This document shows positions 1-10,100 of a stretch of 64,000 nucleotides of DNA, piece by piece. The stretch spans positions 41,416,001 to 41,480,000 of the forward strand of contig NC_043015.1 of the NCBI RefSeq assembly GCF_006345805.1, written 5' to 3'. Each line of letters starts with the position of its first letter. Position 1 is the stretch's first letter. The stretch comes from Octopus sinensis. Lineage: Eukaryota. The position numbers were made by a program, and so were the translations under genes. Under the pieces are notes generated by a model that saw only the letters and a list, made by a program, of their open reading frames with translations, did not search any database and had not been told where the DNA came from.

Positions 1-280
1 CCACATGTGATATGTAAAAAATATTTCTCTGACATCCATGCACCATATATGATACACGTTCTTTTGCCTCTCTTGTGTACCACATGTGATATCCAAAAAA
101 TATTCCCTGGCATTCATGCATCATATATGACACATTCTTTTGCCTGTCTTGTGTACTACATGTGACATACAAAAAAATTTCTCTGGCATTCATGCATCAT
201 ATATGACACATTCTTTTGTCTGTTTTCTGTACCACATGTGATATGCAAGAAATAGTTCCCTAGCATCCATGCATCATATC
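1..280. repeat. Tandem minisatellite, ~76-79 bp unit, ~3.6 copies (runs off the window start)
   Basis: Unit start CCACATGTGA/CTACATGTGA recurs at 1, 80, 156 and 232 with conserved CATCCATGCA/CATTCATGCA and TTCTTTTG blocks. Confidence 0.85.
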
Positions 281-791
281 TATCCCCATATATACCCCAT
301 ATTTTTCAAGCTTACTCAGAACGTATAAAACAAGGGCTAACTAAACATCTAAACATATAAACATAGATGTTTAAGGGCAAAATTATGAAAATGCTTTGAA
401 CGGGCAAAAGACTATTTGGCCAAAATAATGTTCCCATCACACAACAGTTTCCCTAAAATATTTGGCTCCCTGCTGTGTAACCAACATGTTACTAATTAAC
501 TCTGTTGAAATTGATTATAATGATGTTGATGATTGTTATCCTGATGATGTTCTTGTTATCTCTCAACTTTTCTTGAGAGAAATTTTTTTTAATTGCAAAA
601 AAAAAAAAAACGTAAAAAAGAATAAAAATTGTAAATAAAATTGATAAATATAAAACAAAGGAAAAAATTCTCTCCGTGTTATGTTATTGGATAATGTATA
701 TATTTATGTGTGTGTGTGCACGAGTACATACACAAACACACATGTATTCACATATACGCATAGATGCACTCACACATACACACACTCCCTC

Positions 792-826
<35 letters not shown>

Positions 827-1149
827 AAACCCTTTTTATTTTTGTTTTTTTTAATGTAATTCTGTCTTTATTCTGTATTGAATCAAGAACATAATTCTCC
901 CGGATGGATAATGAAAGGTAAAATCGAACCCTCTACCTCAGAGTGATGTTGGAATTGAAATGAAATTCTAACAACAGTAAAGAAAGTGCTTGGCTTACTC
1001 AATGTACCAAACGAAGACATTTTAATTAACTAAAATTTCACTTGGTGAAGATTCGTTGCCTCATGGTTAGTGCATTGCACTCACAATCATAAGATCACAG
1101 TTTCAATTTCCATACCAGGCAGTGCATTGTGATCTTCATCCCTTCATCT

Positions 1150-1480
1150 TCATCATCGTTTAGCGTCCGCTTTCCATGCTAGCATGGGTTGGACGGTTCA
1201 ACTGGGGTCTGGTAAGCCATGGAGGCTGCACCAGGCCCAGTCTGACCTGGCAGTGTTTCTACAGCCAGATGCCCTTCCTAATGCCAACCACTCCGTAAGT
1301 GTAGTGGGTGCTTTTTACGTGCCACCGGCACAGGTGCCAGATGAGGCTGGCAAACGGCCCACAATCGGATGGTGCTTTTTACGTGCCAGTTGGGGCGGCG
1401 CTGGCAACGGCCACGTTCGGATGGCTCTCTTACGTGCCACCGGCACTGGTATCATAGCTGCAATTTCCATTGATGTTGAT
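1150..1480 (-). mobile_element. RTE-LINE-type 3' end / short retroposon with (GAT)n tail
   Basis: CATC..GTTTAGCGTCCGCTTTCCATGCTAGCATGGGTTGG..GATGCCCTTCCTAATGCCAACC with tandem GTGCCACCGGCAC units; the same sequence recurs ~20 times in the window. Confidence 0.75.
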
Positions 1481-1544
1481 CGATTTTGATTCTCACTTGC
1501 CTCAATAGGTCTTCACAAGTAGAGTTTTGTGTCCCCCCAATTGT

Positions 1545-1927
1545 GCTGGTGGCACATAAAGAGCACCTTTCGAGCGTGATCGTTACCAGCATCGCCTTAC
1601 TGGCACTTGTGCCAGTGGCATGTGAAAAAACATTCGAGCAAGGTCGTTGCTAGTGTTGCTGGACTGGCTCCTGTGCAGGTGGCCCGTAAAAAACACCATT
1701 TGAGCGTGACCGTTGCCAGTACTGCCTGACTGGCCCTCGTGCCGGTGGCACGTAAAAAGCACCCACTATGCTCTCGGAGTAGTTGGCATTAGGAAGGGCA
1801 TCCAGCTGTAGAAACTCTGCTAGATTAGATTGGAGCCTGGCGCAGCCATGTGGTTCGCCCGTCTTCAGTCAAATCGTCCAACCCATGCTAGCATGGAAAG
1901 CGGACGTTAAATGATGATGATGATGAT
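1545..1927 (+). mobile_element. RTE-LINE-type 3' end with (GAT)n tail
   Basis: ..AGGAAGGGCATCCAGCTGTAGAAACTCTGC..CCAACCCATGCTAGCATGGAAAGCGGACGTTAAATGATGATGATGAT; opposite orientation to the copy at 1150-1480. Confidence 0.75.
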
Positions 1928-2359
1928 CCCAAAAGGAAAGGAGAAATTATCGTAAGAAATCAGCATTAAATAGAATTGAAATTTTTAGAAAATTTTTTTT
2001 TAAATTCAGAATCGTAATCTTCGTATTTTTAAACAGGTAAAAAAAAATCGAAAAAGGTAAAAAAACAAAAAGGTGTGGTTGAGGGAAGAATTAAAAATTT
2101 GAAAAACTTTTTTTTTCGGCAAAAAATGTAATCTTTTTTGTGGAAAATGTGGGAGTCTGGTTAAATTTTTACAAAAAAAAATTAATATAATAAAATATAA
2201 GGGTGAAGGGTACCTATACAACACGGGGATATTGTCGGATGGTATCAATAATTCCGCTTTCATTTCGTGATCATAAACCGAAATAATACCACCTTATGAG
2301 TTAAAATTTATTAACAAACAAAGAACAGGTAATTTATTATAATTACAGCATTAATGACA

Positions 2360-2561
2360 AGGGCGACTATATTCCTTCTGCGGCCTCCACCCGCTTCGCT
2401 TGGTCATCGTCCCCCGCCTCACCTCGCCCTCGTCTCGATCTGAGAAATATTCCACGGAAATCAATGATGTTTAGTTTCCGACGTAAAACACCGATAAGTG
2501 ACACGTGTTTCTGCTTTGACTATAAACAAAACGGCCACCTGTCGTTATTAGAAAAAAATCG
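2360..2561 (+). promoter_or_regulatory. CpG-rich putative SARAF promoter / 5' UTR exon
   Basis: Locally CpG-dense non-repeat sequence (CCCGCTTCGC, CCCCGCCTCACCTCGCCCTCG) in an AT-rich background; candidate donor ATCG|GTAAAT at 2561/2562 and acceptor TTCCTGTTTTCAG at 2856 upstream of the SARAF ATG. Confidence 0.4.
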
Positions 2562-3032
2562 GTAAATTTCAGAGAATACACAACAAAGTGTAACTGTTAA
2601 AGCTAGCTTCTGCTGATTTTGTTTAACCCCGGGTCGGACACGATATAGCTGACCCACGATCAAAAACATTCCAGCTGTGACCACCCCGTCTTTTTACATA
2701 TCGAAGATTACGTTATTATTTACAGTGTTCTTCCACTTTTGAGACGAGACGACAGGTTGTGATTTAAAGAAGAAGCAGGTGTTATTAATTACGATCGGAA
2801 CAACCACCGAGAGAGGTTTTTTATCCGCATTTATTCATTTATATTCCTGTTTTCAGTGTTTCACTTTCGGTATTCTCTCTTCCGGAAACATTTTCTGATT
2901 AATTAGGAAACACTAAAAGGTATATTGCTTCTGTTTCTTGCTCAGCTTTTTAAAAATCAAACTAACCAACCAACAAAACGAAATATTTTATCTTTGGTAA
3001 AGAAGAAAAGAAGAATACAGAATACGGTTGTG

Positions 3033-3935
3033 ATGAGTATCTTTTATATAATTTACATATGTCTGTTAATATGTTTGGAAGAAACAGAAGGAAGGAAGGT
3101 GCTATTGAGAGACATTAAAACCATAACTTTAACTCAAGGCCAAATGACCACCGCGAGAAGATCTTCGCCAGTTCCACAATTAAAATGTACGGGAGGATCG
3201 GCAGGTTGTCATAGGTTCGTCCCCAAGAATGTCCAGTGTCACAACAAAGGATGGGACGGTTTTGATGCTCAATGGAAATGCGAAACAGACATGGAGAAGA
3301 AATATCGTTTCGGAAAGATTGCTGTGTCTTGTGAAGGTTACGATTACCCCAATGACCCTTATATTCTTGCAGGATCTTGTGGTTTGGAATATGAAATTGA
3401 CTACATAAACACAAACCGTAAACACTCGGGCGGATTTTCGAAAAGCTCTCACCGTTCTGTTAATTCCGGTTATGAGTTTGGCGAAATTATCTGGATAGTT
3501 TGTGTATTACTTTGCATTTTACTCGTATATCGTCTCTGCATCAGCCGCAATAATAACAGGTGCCGAGTGTTTACAAATTCAAATAACTCTGGTGAAATGC
3601 CACCCGGAACTTACCCGAGAGATCCACCACCACCCTACGGCTTCAGGCCGGAGTATTACCCGCAACAAAACACTCATAGTTTCGAGGACTCTCAACAACC
3701 GGGTTTCTTTTCTGGTATGGGAACCGGAGGTGTGTTGGGTTACGTCCTCGGTAAAGAGACTGGTTATTCCCGTTGCGACACTTCCCCTGGTTACCACCAT
3801 TCCAGTGATTACCATCATCCGTCCGACTGGTTCGGAACTTCTCAGGCCTCGCATAATTATGTGTCTTCCAGTGATTCGAGTGACGACGATGACTCAAGGG
3901 TTGCAGTTGGTTTCGGCGGTACAACACGGCGATAA
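3033..3935 (+). CDS. SARAF: Store-operated calcium entry-associated regulatory factor (SARAF/TMEM66), 300 aa, uninterrupted CDS
   Basis: ATG at 3033 gives signal peptide MSIFYIIYICLLICLEETEG, then the luminal Cys-rich domain (VLLRDIKTITL..TTARRSSPVPQLKCTGGSAGC..QCHNKGWDGFDAQWKC..VSCEGYDYPNDPYILAGSCGLEYEIDY), a TM helix, a PPPPY motif and C-terminal GFGGTTRR, all matching SARAF family hallmarks. The track's 2925 start is a non-ATG upstream extension. Confidence 0.96.
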   Translation: MSIFYIIYICLLICLEETEGRKVLLRDIKTITLTQGQMTTARRSSPVPQLKCTGGSAGCHRFVPKNVQCHNKGWDGFDAQWKCETDMEKKYRFGKIAVSCEGYDYPNDPYILAGSCGLEYEIDYINTNRKHSGGFSKSSHRSVNSGYEFGEIIWIVCVLLCILLVYRLCISRNNNRCRVFTNSNNSGEMPPGTYPRDPPPPYGFRPEYYPQQNTHSFEDSQQPGFFSGMGTGGVLGYVLGKETGYSRCDTSPGYHHSSDYHHPSDWFGTSQASHNYVSSSDSSDDDDSRVAVGFGGTTRR

Positions 3936-3941
3936 AATAAA
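3936..3941 (+). terminator. Candidate polyadenylation signal AATAAA directly after the SARAF stop
   Basis: TAA stop at 3933-3935 is followed immediately by AATAAA, then T-rich sequence. Confidence 0.45.
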
Positions 3942-4499
3942 ATAGTTTTCTACTAATTTTGCTTGTTGTTACATCGATTTTTTGCAAACCATAATGGCAT
4001 AATTACAGTTTGAGGCTCCACAACTTTGTTCCTTCGTAATTTATAAATGCTACAGATTTTTAAAATGAAATTTTGTAGAGGTATGTTTTCGATGGTGTAC
4101 ATTACAAATATCGTGACATTTAATTTTTTCTTTCTTTTTTAGAGGTCTTTCAGCTTATTTAACCGCCTCGCGACTTTACTTCCTCATAACTCGTTCTTTA
4201 AAATGTATATTTTAAAACTATATTTTATAGAAATACGTAAAGTTGATGTTTTAAACATGAATCTGAAAAAAAAAACAAATTACAGAAATTGGTGTTAACA
4301 AAGTCAAAATGTCAGGTGGGGGGAGAATGATCCGAAACAAGAATTTTATTCAGGTAATCTCCATCTACACTCTTGAAATATGCATCTCTAAAATTTCATT
4401 GAAAAAAATCATGTATTTTCCAGAAAGTTATGAGGAATCAAAGTCGAGCATGGAAAACGGACTTTAAACGATGAGGATGCTGTTGTTTTAAATTAATCA

Positions 4500-4650
4500 T
4501 GCATTTACCTTGTAACTCTGAGATTTCAGTGACCCCCAAAAGGATTGAAGGCAAAGTCGACCTCGGCAGAATTTGAACTCAGAACGTAATGGCAAACGGA
4601 ATACCGCGATGTATTTCGCCCAGCGTGCTAACGGTTCTGCCAGCTCGCCG
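4500..4650 (-). mobile_element. tRNA-derived SINE family B fragment
   Basis: GAAGGCAAAGTCGACCTCGGCAGAATTTGAACTCAGAACGT..GCTAACGGTTCTGCCAGCTCGCC; B-box GAGTTCAAAT on the minus strand. Confidence 0.75.
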
Positions 4651-4779
4651 TATTTTGTTAAAACAATATTAAAGCACTATTACACCAACATGGAACACCT
4701 AGGTACCTGCAAAGCATAATTTAGAATCTTTTTTAATTTTTTAGTATAAGTTTTTAATATAACACTCCAGGTGTTTTCT

Positions 4780-5140
4780 GTCTGTTGTTGAGAAACTCAC
4801 TGGTATATTTCAGTTTCAGTACACAATATCAAAGACCTGCAGCTGTCATCTCGCTTGCACATCTGATGCCTTTTATGCCCAACCTTTCTCTCAAGATGCT
4901 TACACTCTGTTGAACATGTACACTAACATTGCACATCCAGTGAAGCATACTGGCTTCATTTCTTTCAAGCCTAAGCATGTCCTCAGCTGTCACAGCCCAT
5001 GTTTCACTGCTGTATAGCATCGGTGTTCGCACACAGGCATCATACAATCTGCCTTTCACTCTAAGGGAGAGGCCCTTTGTTGCCAGTAGAGGTAGGGGCT
5101 CTCTGAAGTGGTTTGATGGGAGCCCAGGAAGTTCCAAAGA
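4780..5140 (-). mobile_element. RTE-clade LINE ORF2 fragment (post-RT region)
   Basis: LPLLATKGLSLRVKGRLYDACVRTPMLYSSETWAVTAEDMLRLERNEASMLHWMCNVS resembles the RTE KGRLY..CVR..MLYGSETW motif; truncated. Confidence 0.85.
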
Positions 5141-5229
5141 ATTTGACCAGGTAGTTGACAGCCTCTATAGGATCTGAAATTGAAACTAAAGATTTATAGA
5201 TCTTTGCAATTGAATAGCATATTGTTTTA

Positions 5230-5641
5230 TACTCTTACTCTTTTACTTGTTTCGGTCATTTGACTGCGGCCATGCTGGAGCACCGCCTTTAGTCGAGCAA
5301 ATCGACCCCAGGACTTATTCTTTGTAAGCCCAGTACTTATTCTATCAGTCTCTTTTGCCGAACCGCTAAGTGACGGGGACGTAAACACACCAGCATCGAT
5401 TGTCAAGCAATGCTAGGGGGACAAACACAGACACACAAACATATACACACACACTTATATATATATATACATACATATATACGACAGGCTTCTTTCAGTT
5501 TCCGTCTACTAAATCCACTCACAAGGTATTGGTTGGCCCAGGGCTATAGTAGAAGACACTTGCCCAAGATGCCACGCAGTGGGACTGAACCCGGAACCAT
5601 GTGGTTGGTTAGCAAGCTACTTACCACACAACCACTCCTGC
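5230..5641 (-). mobile_element. tRNA-derived SINE family A (octopus OK-type), near full length
   Basis: Minus strand: tRNA-like head GGAGTGGTTGTGTGGTAAGTAGC..GGTTCAGTCCC, CORE-like TTGGGCAAGTGTC, internal (TA)/(TG) microsatellite, (GTAAAAGA)n tail; many ~90% similar copies in the window. Confidence 0.85.
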
Positions 5642-5644
5642 AGA

Positions 5645-7034
5645 CAATGATATTTTTTGGTGCATGGATTGCCCTTTCATGTAAATATGGTTTTGTTGGT
5701 AATCCTGAAAATTTGGAAACACTTTTGTTATTAGTTCATTGAATGATGAAACTGATGTACTAATTAGAGATGTATCTGGACAATTATTTCTATCAAGAGT
5801 TACCCGACCTTCTCCGAGTGTCAATAAATTCTGAACAAATCTTTCAGACAAATCATCACCCAAAAGTGTCACTCTTATATCCTTAGTTAGGCTCTTTCTT
5901 TTCATACGTCTCCACAAATATTATGATTTCAAGCAAGCCATTAACTCATCCACTTTAGTACCCTTTGGTATTACAGGCAAAGTCTGGCAAAAGTCCCCTG
6001 GTAGTACAGTGGTATCGCCACCCATCAATACTTTAGAATTTCTTAAATCCTGCAAGCTTCAATTCAGAGCTTCCGAAGACTTTTTGTTTACCATTGTGCA
6101 CTCATCCTAAACAATGAGATGAGACCTCATTAGTACCTGCTCTATCCCAGATGTTTTACTAATATTACAAATTGGTATATTGTTAACCAAATTATTGTTA
6201 ATTAAATTTTTAAGGGCAATCTGAAAGCAGAATGAGCTGTTTGTCCTGGAAGTAGCATAGCAGCAATATCTGAAGAAGTAACAGCCAAAGCTATTTTTTT
6301 CTGCTGTCAGACTTTGGTAAGTAACTGCTTAGCGTCAAATGTTTTGCCAGTTCCTGGCAGGGCATCAGGAAAAACAAAAAAAGGGCTTCGATAAAAAAAA
6401 GAACCCTTTTGTGTAAAATACTTTTTGTTCATGCAACAGTTTGGCTTTGTTTTTACAAATATATTTTGACAGGTCTTCATTGTTGTAAGAAGTTTTTATA
6501 AAAGTTCTGTTGTCAAACTATTAACTTCAGAACAATTGGTTTGAGGAAGACCCTACTCATGTGATTCAGTTCCTTTCATAAAAAAACACAACAAAAAACA
6601 ATGCTTTTGAAGATAATGGTGTATTGTTGATTCCATCATAGTACTTTATATTCCCGCCAGGATATTTGCAACTGGATGTGGTATTTGCAATCTTTTACCA
6701 AACGATTTCTGTATTTTGGCCATATTGATACTGGAACTCTCCTAAATCACCGTTTTTCCAATTGGAACATGTCTGTTTGTGTAGAATTGCCCTGCAAACA
6801 GAAGCTCTGCTTGGATTACTTTACATTTCGGATTGCAAGAGAATGGGAAGAGAAGATCCGGACGTCCGTAGTTACAGCCATGAGTCAATGGCATCTTGTG
6901 CCTTGTCATGCATCTCGGGTTTCTTGTAAAACTGGAAGGGAGGAGACAAACTTTTCCAAGCCATGACCATTTCAATGTCATTATTAGAGTCATCTTGTAA
7001 AATGCATGTATGATAAACGTCTGCCATATAGCTC
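5645..7034 (-). mobile_element. Decayed autonomous Helitron: Rep and Pif1-helicase fragments
   Basis: Minus strand 6740-7030: LPSSF..YGRPDLLFPFSCNPK..IQAELL (Rep motif GxPDLFITFTCNP). Near 6200-6380: KIALAVTSSDIAAMLLPGQTAHSAFRLPL (Pif1 motif after Walker A). Near 5650-6010: GDFCQTLPVIPKGTKVDELMACLK and LLTLGEGR. Frameshifts and stops throughout. Confidence 0.85.
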
Positions 7035-7266
7035 CAGTAATCCCTAGCCATATCACAGTTCACCTATTGTGGTTTATTATTTAAGCTTTTAAGCTTTTGT
7101 CGATTCATCTGCAGTGTTGTTTTGCATTTATAATAAAATAAATATATACAAATTATAAAAATGATAGAAAAAAAATATAGAGTACAGTACTGTTTCTACT
7201 TCACGGATTTTCACCTATCACGGTGAGGTTTGGGAATATACACCTGTGATAGTCAAGGGATTACTG
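7035..7266. mobile_element. pogo/Tigger-like MITE
   Basis: TIRs CAGTAATCCCTAGCCATATCACAG (7035) and CTGTGATAGTCAAGGGATTACTG (to 7266), followed by TA. Confidence 0.7.
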
Positions 7267-7271
7267 TATAT

Positions 7272-7682
7272 GCATGGGTGTGTGATAAGAAGCTTGCTTC
7301 CCAACCCCATGGTTCCAGGTTCAATCCCGCTGTGTCACACCTTGGGCAAGTGTCTTCTACTATAGCCTTGGACTGACCAAAGCCTTGTGAGTGGATTTGG
7401 TAGACAGAAACTGAAAGAACCTCTTTGTACATATATATATATATATATATATATGTTTTCCCTTCTGGTCATTCAAAATGTGACCGTGTGTGTACCGTTG
7501 GCGATTTTTTTCCTCCGTCTTCCCTTCCTTGGACTTTCCTTTTCCTATGTTTCTGACGAAGAGTTCCACTCGAAACGTTGAATCCTCCTGCTTTCTTTCC
7601 TTCGTGAGCGTCCAATAACACTATATTTGTTCCACGTCCTCGCGTTGTTGTGCTTTCTCTTTGTGTTTTCATGTTTGGATTA

Positions 7683-7738
<56 letters not shown>

Positions 7739-7750
7739 TATATATATAAT

Positions 7751-7800
<50 letters not shown>

Positions 7801-7826
7801 TATAGACACATATATATATATATATA

Positions 7827-7858
<32 letters not shown>

Positions 7859-8090
7859 ATACATATATATGTGTGTGTGTGTATGTATATATTTGTGTGT
7901 TTGTGTCTTTGTCCCTCCACCATCGCTTGACAACTGATGTTGGTATGTTTACGTCCCTGTAACTTAGTGGTTCTGCAAAAGAAACCAATAGAATAAGTAC
8001 CAGGCTTACAAAGAGTAAGTTCCTAGGGTCGAATTCTTCAACTAAAAGGCGATGCTCCAGCATGGCCGCAGTCAGAATGACTGAAACAGA
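7272..8090 (+). mobile_element. SINE family A interrupted by a Penelope-like insert and an expanded (TA)n/(TG)n tract
   Basis: Head and CORE-like part at 7272-7425, 3' part at 7890-8090; the intervening 7454-7687 is unrelated sequence flanked by (TA)n. Confidence 0.8.
7550..7582 (+). ncRNA. Minimal type-I hammerhead ribozyme-like motif in a Penelope-like LTR fragment
   Basis: TTT-CTGACGA(7553-59)-A-GAG ttcca CTC(7561-71)-GAAA(7572-75)-CG-TT-GAA, with palindromic AACGTT stem III as in PLE-associated minimal HHRs. Stem I is only 3 bp. Confidence 0.55.
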
Positions 8091-8480
8091 TCTATATGTA
8101 TAAAGCTGAAGTTGTCTGTGTATGGCAGATTTGGTAGCCTTCAATTAACACTATCTCCTCCGAGACCCTGTGGCGCAAGTTGACCAAAATTGAGAGTATG
8201 ATAGAAGAAGGCTTGCTCTTCCTTCCGTGGAAGAAAAAATTCAAATCGGACCATGTTAACACCAGAAATTATTTACATCAAAAAGATGCTTTTTTTCTAT
8301 GAAAATCCCTATTTTTTACGAATTTTTTACTGTTGTGTCGCCATTTTTCGGTGTATTTCAACCAGAAAAATGTTCACTTAAAGAGAATAACAAGCTAGAT
8401 AATGCCAAATTTTTACTTTTCAAAAATTCCAATTCTAAAGGGTCGAAACAAACCCGAGCAACGCCGGGCGATATCGCTAG
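8091..8480 (+). mobile_element. Non-autonomous Helitron inserted in a SINE tail
   Basis: A|TCTATATGTATAAAGCTGAAG..CCCGAGCAACGCCGGG hairpin..CTAG|T, an AT target with no TSD; removing it restores the SINE tail CTGAAACAGA-TAAAGGAATAAA. Confidence 0.9.
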
Positions 8481-8759
8481 TAAAGGAATAAAATGATACA
8501 CACACAGACACACACACGTAATTCTTTAATCGTTGGCTTCAGTTAACTCGTTGAGTGATTGCACCTGTTTCTTTAACGGGACAAAAGAGAGATAGAGATA
8601 GAGAGAGAGAGAGAGAGAGAGAGCGAACGAAGAGGGTGGTGGTGTTGACGATCTGAACGACAGCTTATATAACCTTACCATCCCCTTACCACTGCATATT
8701 AATTTATTACACCCTCTCCTTTTCCTTGCTTCCATTCGGGGTTTTTACCAGCTTTATAT

Positions 8760-8922
8760 ATGAATGTGTGTGTGTGTGCGTATGTGTGGGTTTGTGTGTG
8801 CGTGTATGTGTGTGGGTGTGTGTGTGCGTGTATGTATGTGTGCGTGTGTATGTGTGCGTGTGTATGTGTGCGTGTGTATGTATGTGTGTGTATGTGTGCG
8901 TGTGTATGTGTGCGTGTGTGTG
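8760..8922. repeat. (TG)n/(TGTA)n compound microsatellite
   Basis: Direct reading. Confidence 0.95.
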
Positions 8923-8996
8923 ATGGCCAGCAGAACTGCTACATGTGAACAACTGTCCACAACTTCACAATCTTCCTCCCTCTTTAAAGCTACTAC

Positions 8997-9446
8997 GGGA
9001 TCTTTTCGCTTTGACTGACAGATTTTAAAAATAATTTCTTTGAAACTAAACACTTAAACTTCGTATTCTGGTAGAATGTGTCAAAATAAAACATGTTTTT
9101 CTCTTGGCTTTCCTGAGAAAATTCTGTAGTTTGTAAGCTATTTGTTGTTAAATTTCGGATCTTTTTTTTTTGATGGACGGAATTTTCTAGTTAACTAAAT
9201 TTCTTGCATTTCGGCAATTTCAACCAATCAATGACGTCTATTGAGGTGAATACAATTTCTGCTTGTTGTTTGTCAACAACAATTTGTTAAAAGAAATTAA
9301 ACAAGAAATAGCTTACAAGCTACCGAATTTTCTCAAGAAAGCCAAGATGTTTTATGTAAACACATTCTATCAGTATACGAAGTTTAAAAGTGGTTAGTTA
9401 CAAAGAAATTATTTAAAAAATGTGCCGGTCAAAGCGAAAATATCCA
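8997..9446. mobile_element. Long-TIR palindromic MITE (superfamily unassigned)
   Basis: ~140-bp imperfect inverted arms, TTTTCGCTTTGAC..AAACTTCGTATTCTGGTAGAATGTG..GTTTGTAAGCT versus AGCTTACAAGC..CACATTCTATCAGTATACGAAGTTT..GTCAAAGCGAAAA; a related arm sequence lies at 10810-10890. Confidence 0.6.
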
Positions 9447-10058
9447 AGCTACCTACTCCTCACACCCACCTCCCTTTCCTTTCCTCAGCGCTCTAAAAGT
9501 TGCATGTGTGTGTATGTATTGGCGTGTGTGTGCCTGTGTATATATATATGTGTGTGTGTGTGTGTATGTGTGTGTGTATATATATAATATATATATATAT
9601 ATACACACACGTCCCCGTCATTAGCGGTTCGGCAAAAGAGACCGATAGAATAAGTACTGGGCTTACAAAGAATAAGTCCCGGGGTCGATTTGCTCGACTA
9701 AAGGCGGTGCTCCAGCATGGCCGCAGTCAAATGACTGAAACAAGTAAAAGAGTAAAAGAGTAAAGAGTAATATATATATATATATATGTATGTATGCATG
9801 TGTCTGTGAATTTACTTCCATATATGTATGCAGCGTCCATCATAATCGATTGACATCTTGCATGAAGCCACGCCCACTGCTTTGGAAATTTCTAAATTTA
9901 GATTCCGTGACTTAACCTCTACCTTACCCCTCTCATTCAAGTTCAATGCAACTCAGCCCACACCTCCCCTACACCACAGCCAAAAATAGCCGACGTTTAT
10001 TAAAAGAGTTTTTTTAAGTTATAGGATAGGATGTATCTATCTATCTATCTATCTATCT

Positions 10059-10100
<42 letters not shown>

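Noticed and set aside
541-600. CTGATGA..hairpin..GAAA hammerhead-like match
   Set aside because: No stem I partner after the putative cleavage site and no closing pair for stem II; likely chance in AT-rich DNA. Similar partial matches at ~37794 and ~62250 (minus) lack GAAA.
2925-3032. 36-aa N-terminal extension of SARAF in the ORF track
   Set aside because: Starts at a non-ATG codon and would bury the signal peptide; the ATG at 3033 fits the family.
3115-3987. Antisense and alternate-frame ORFs overlapping SARAF
   Set aside because: Shadow ORFs of a real CDS with no recognisable motifs.
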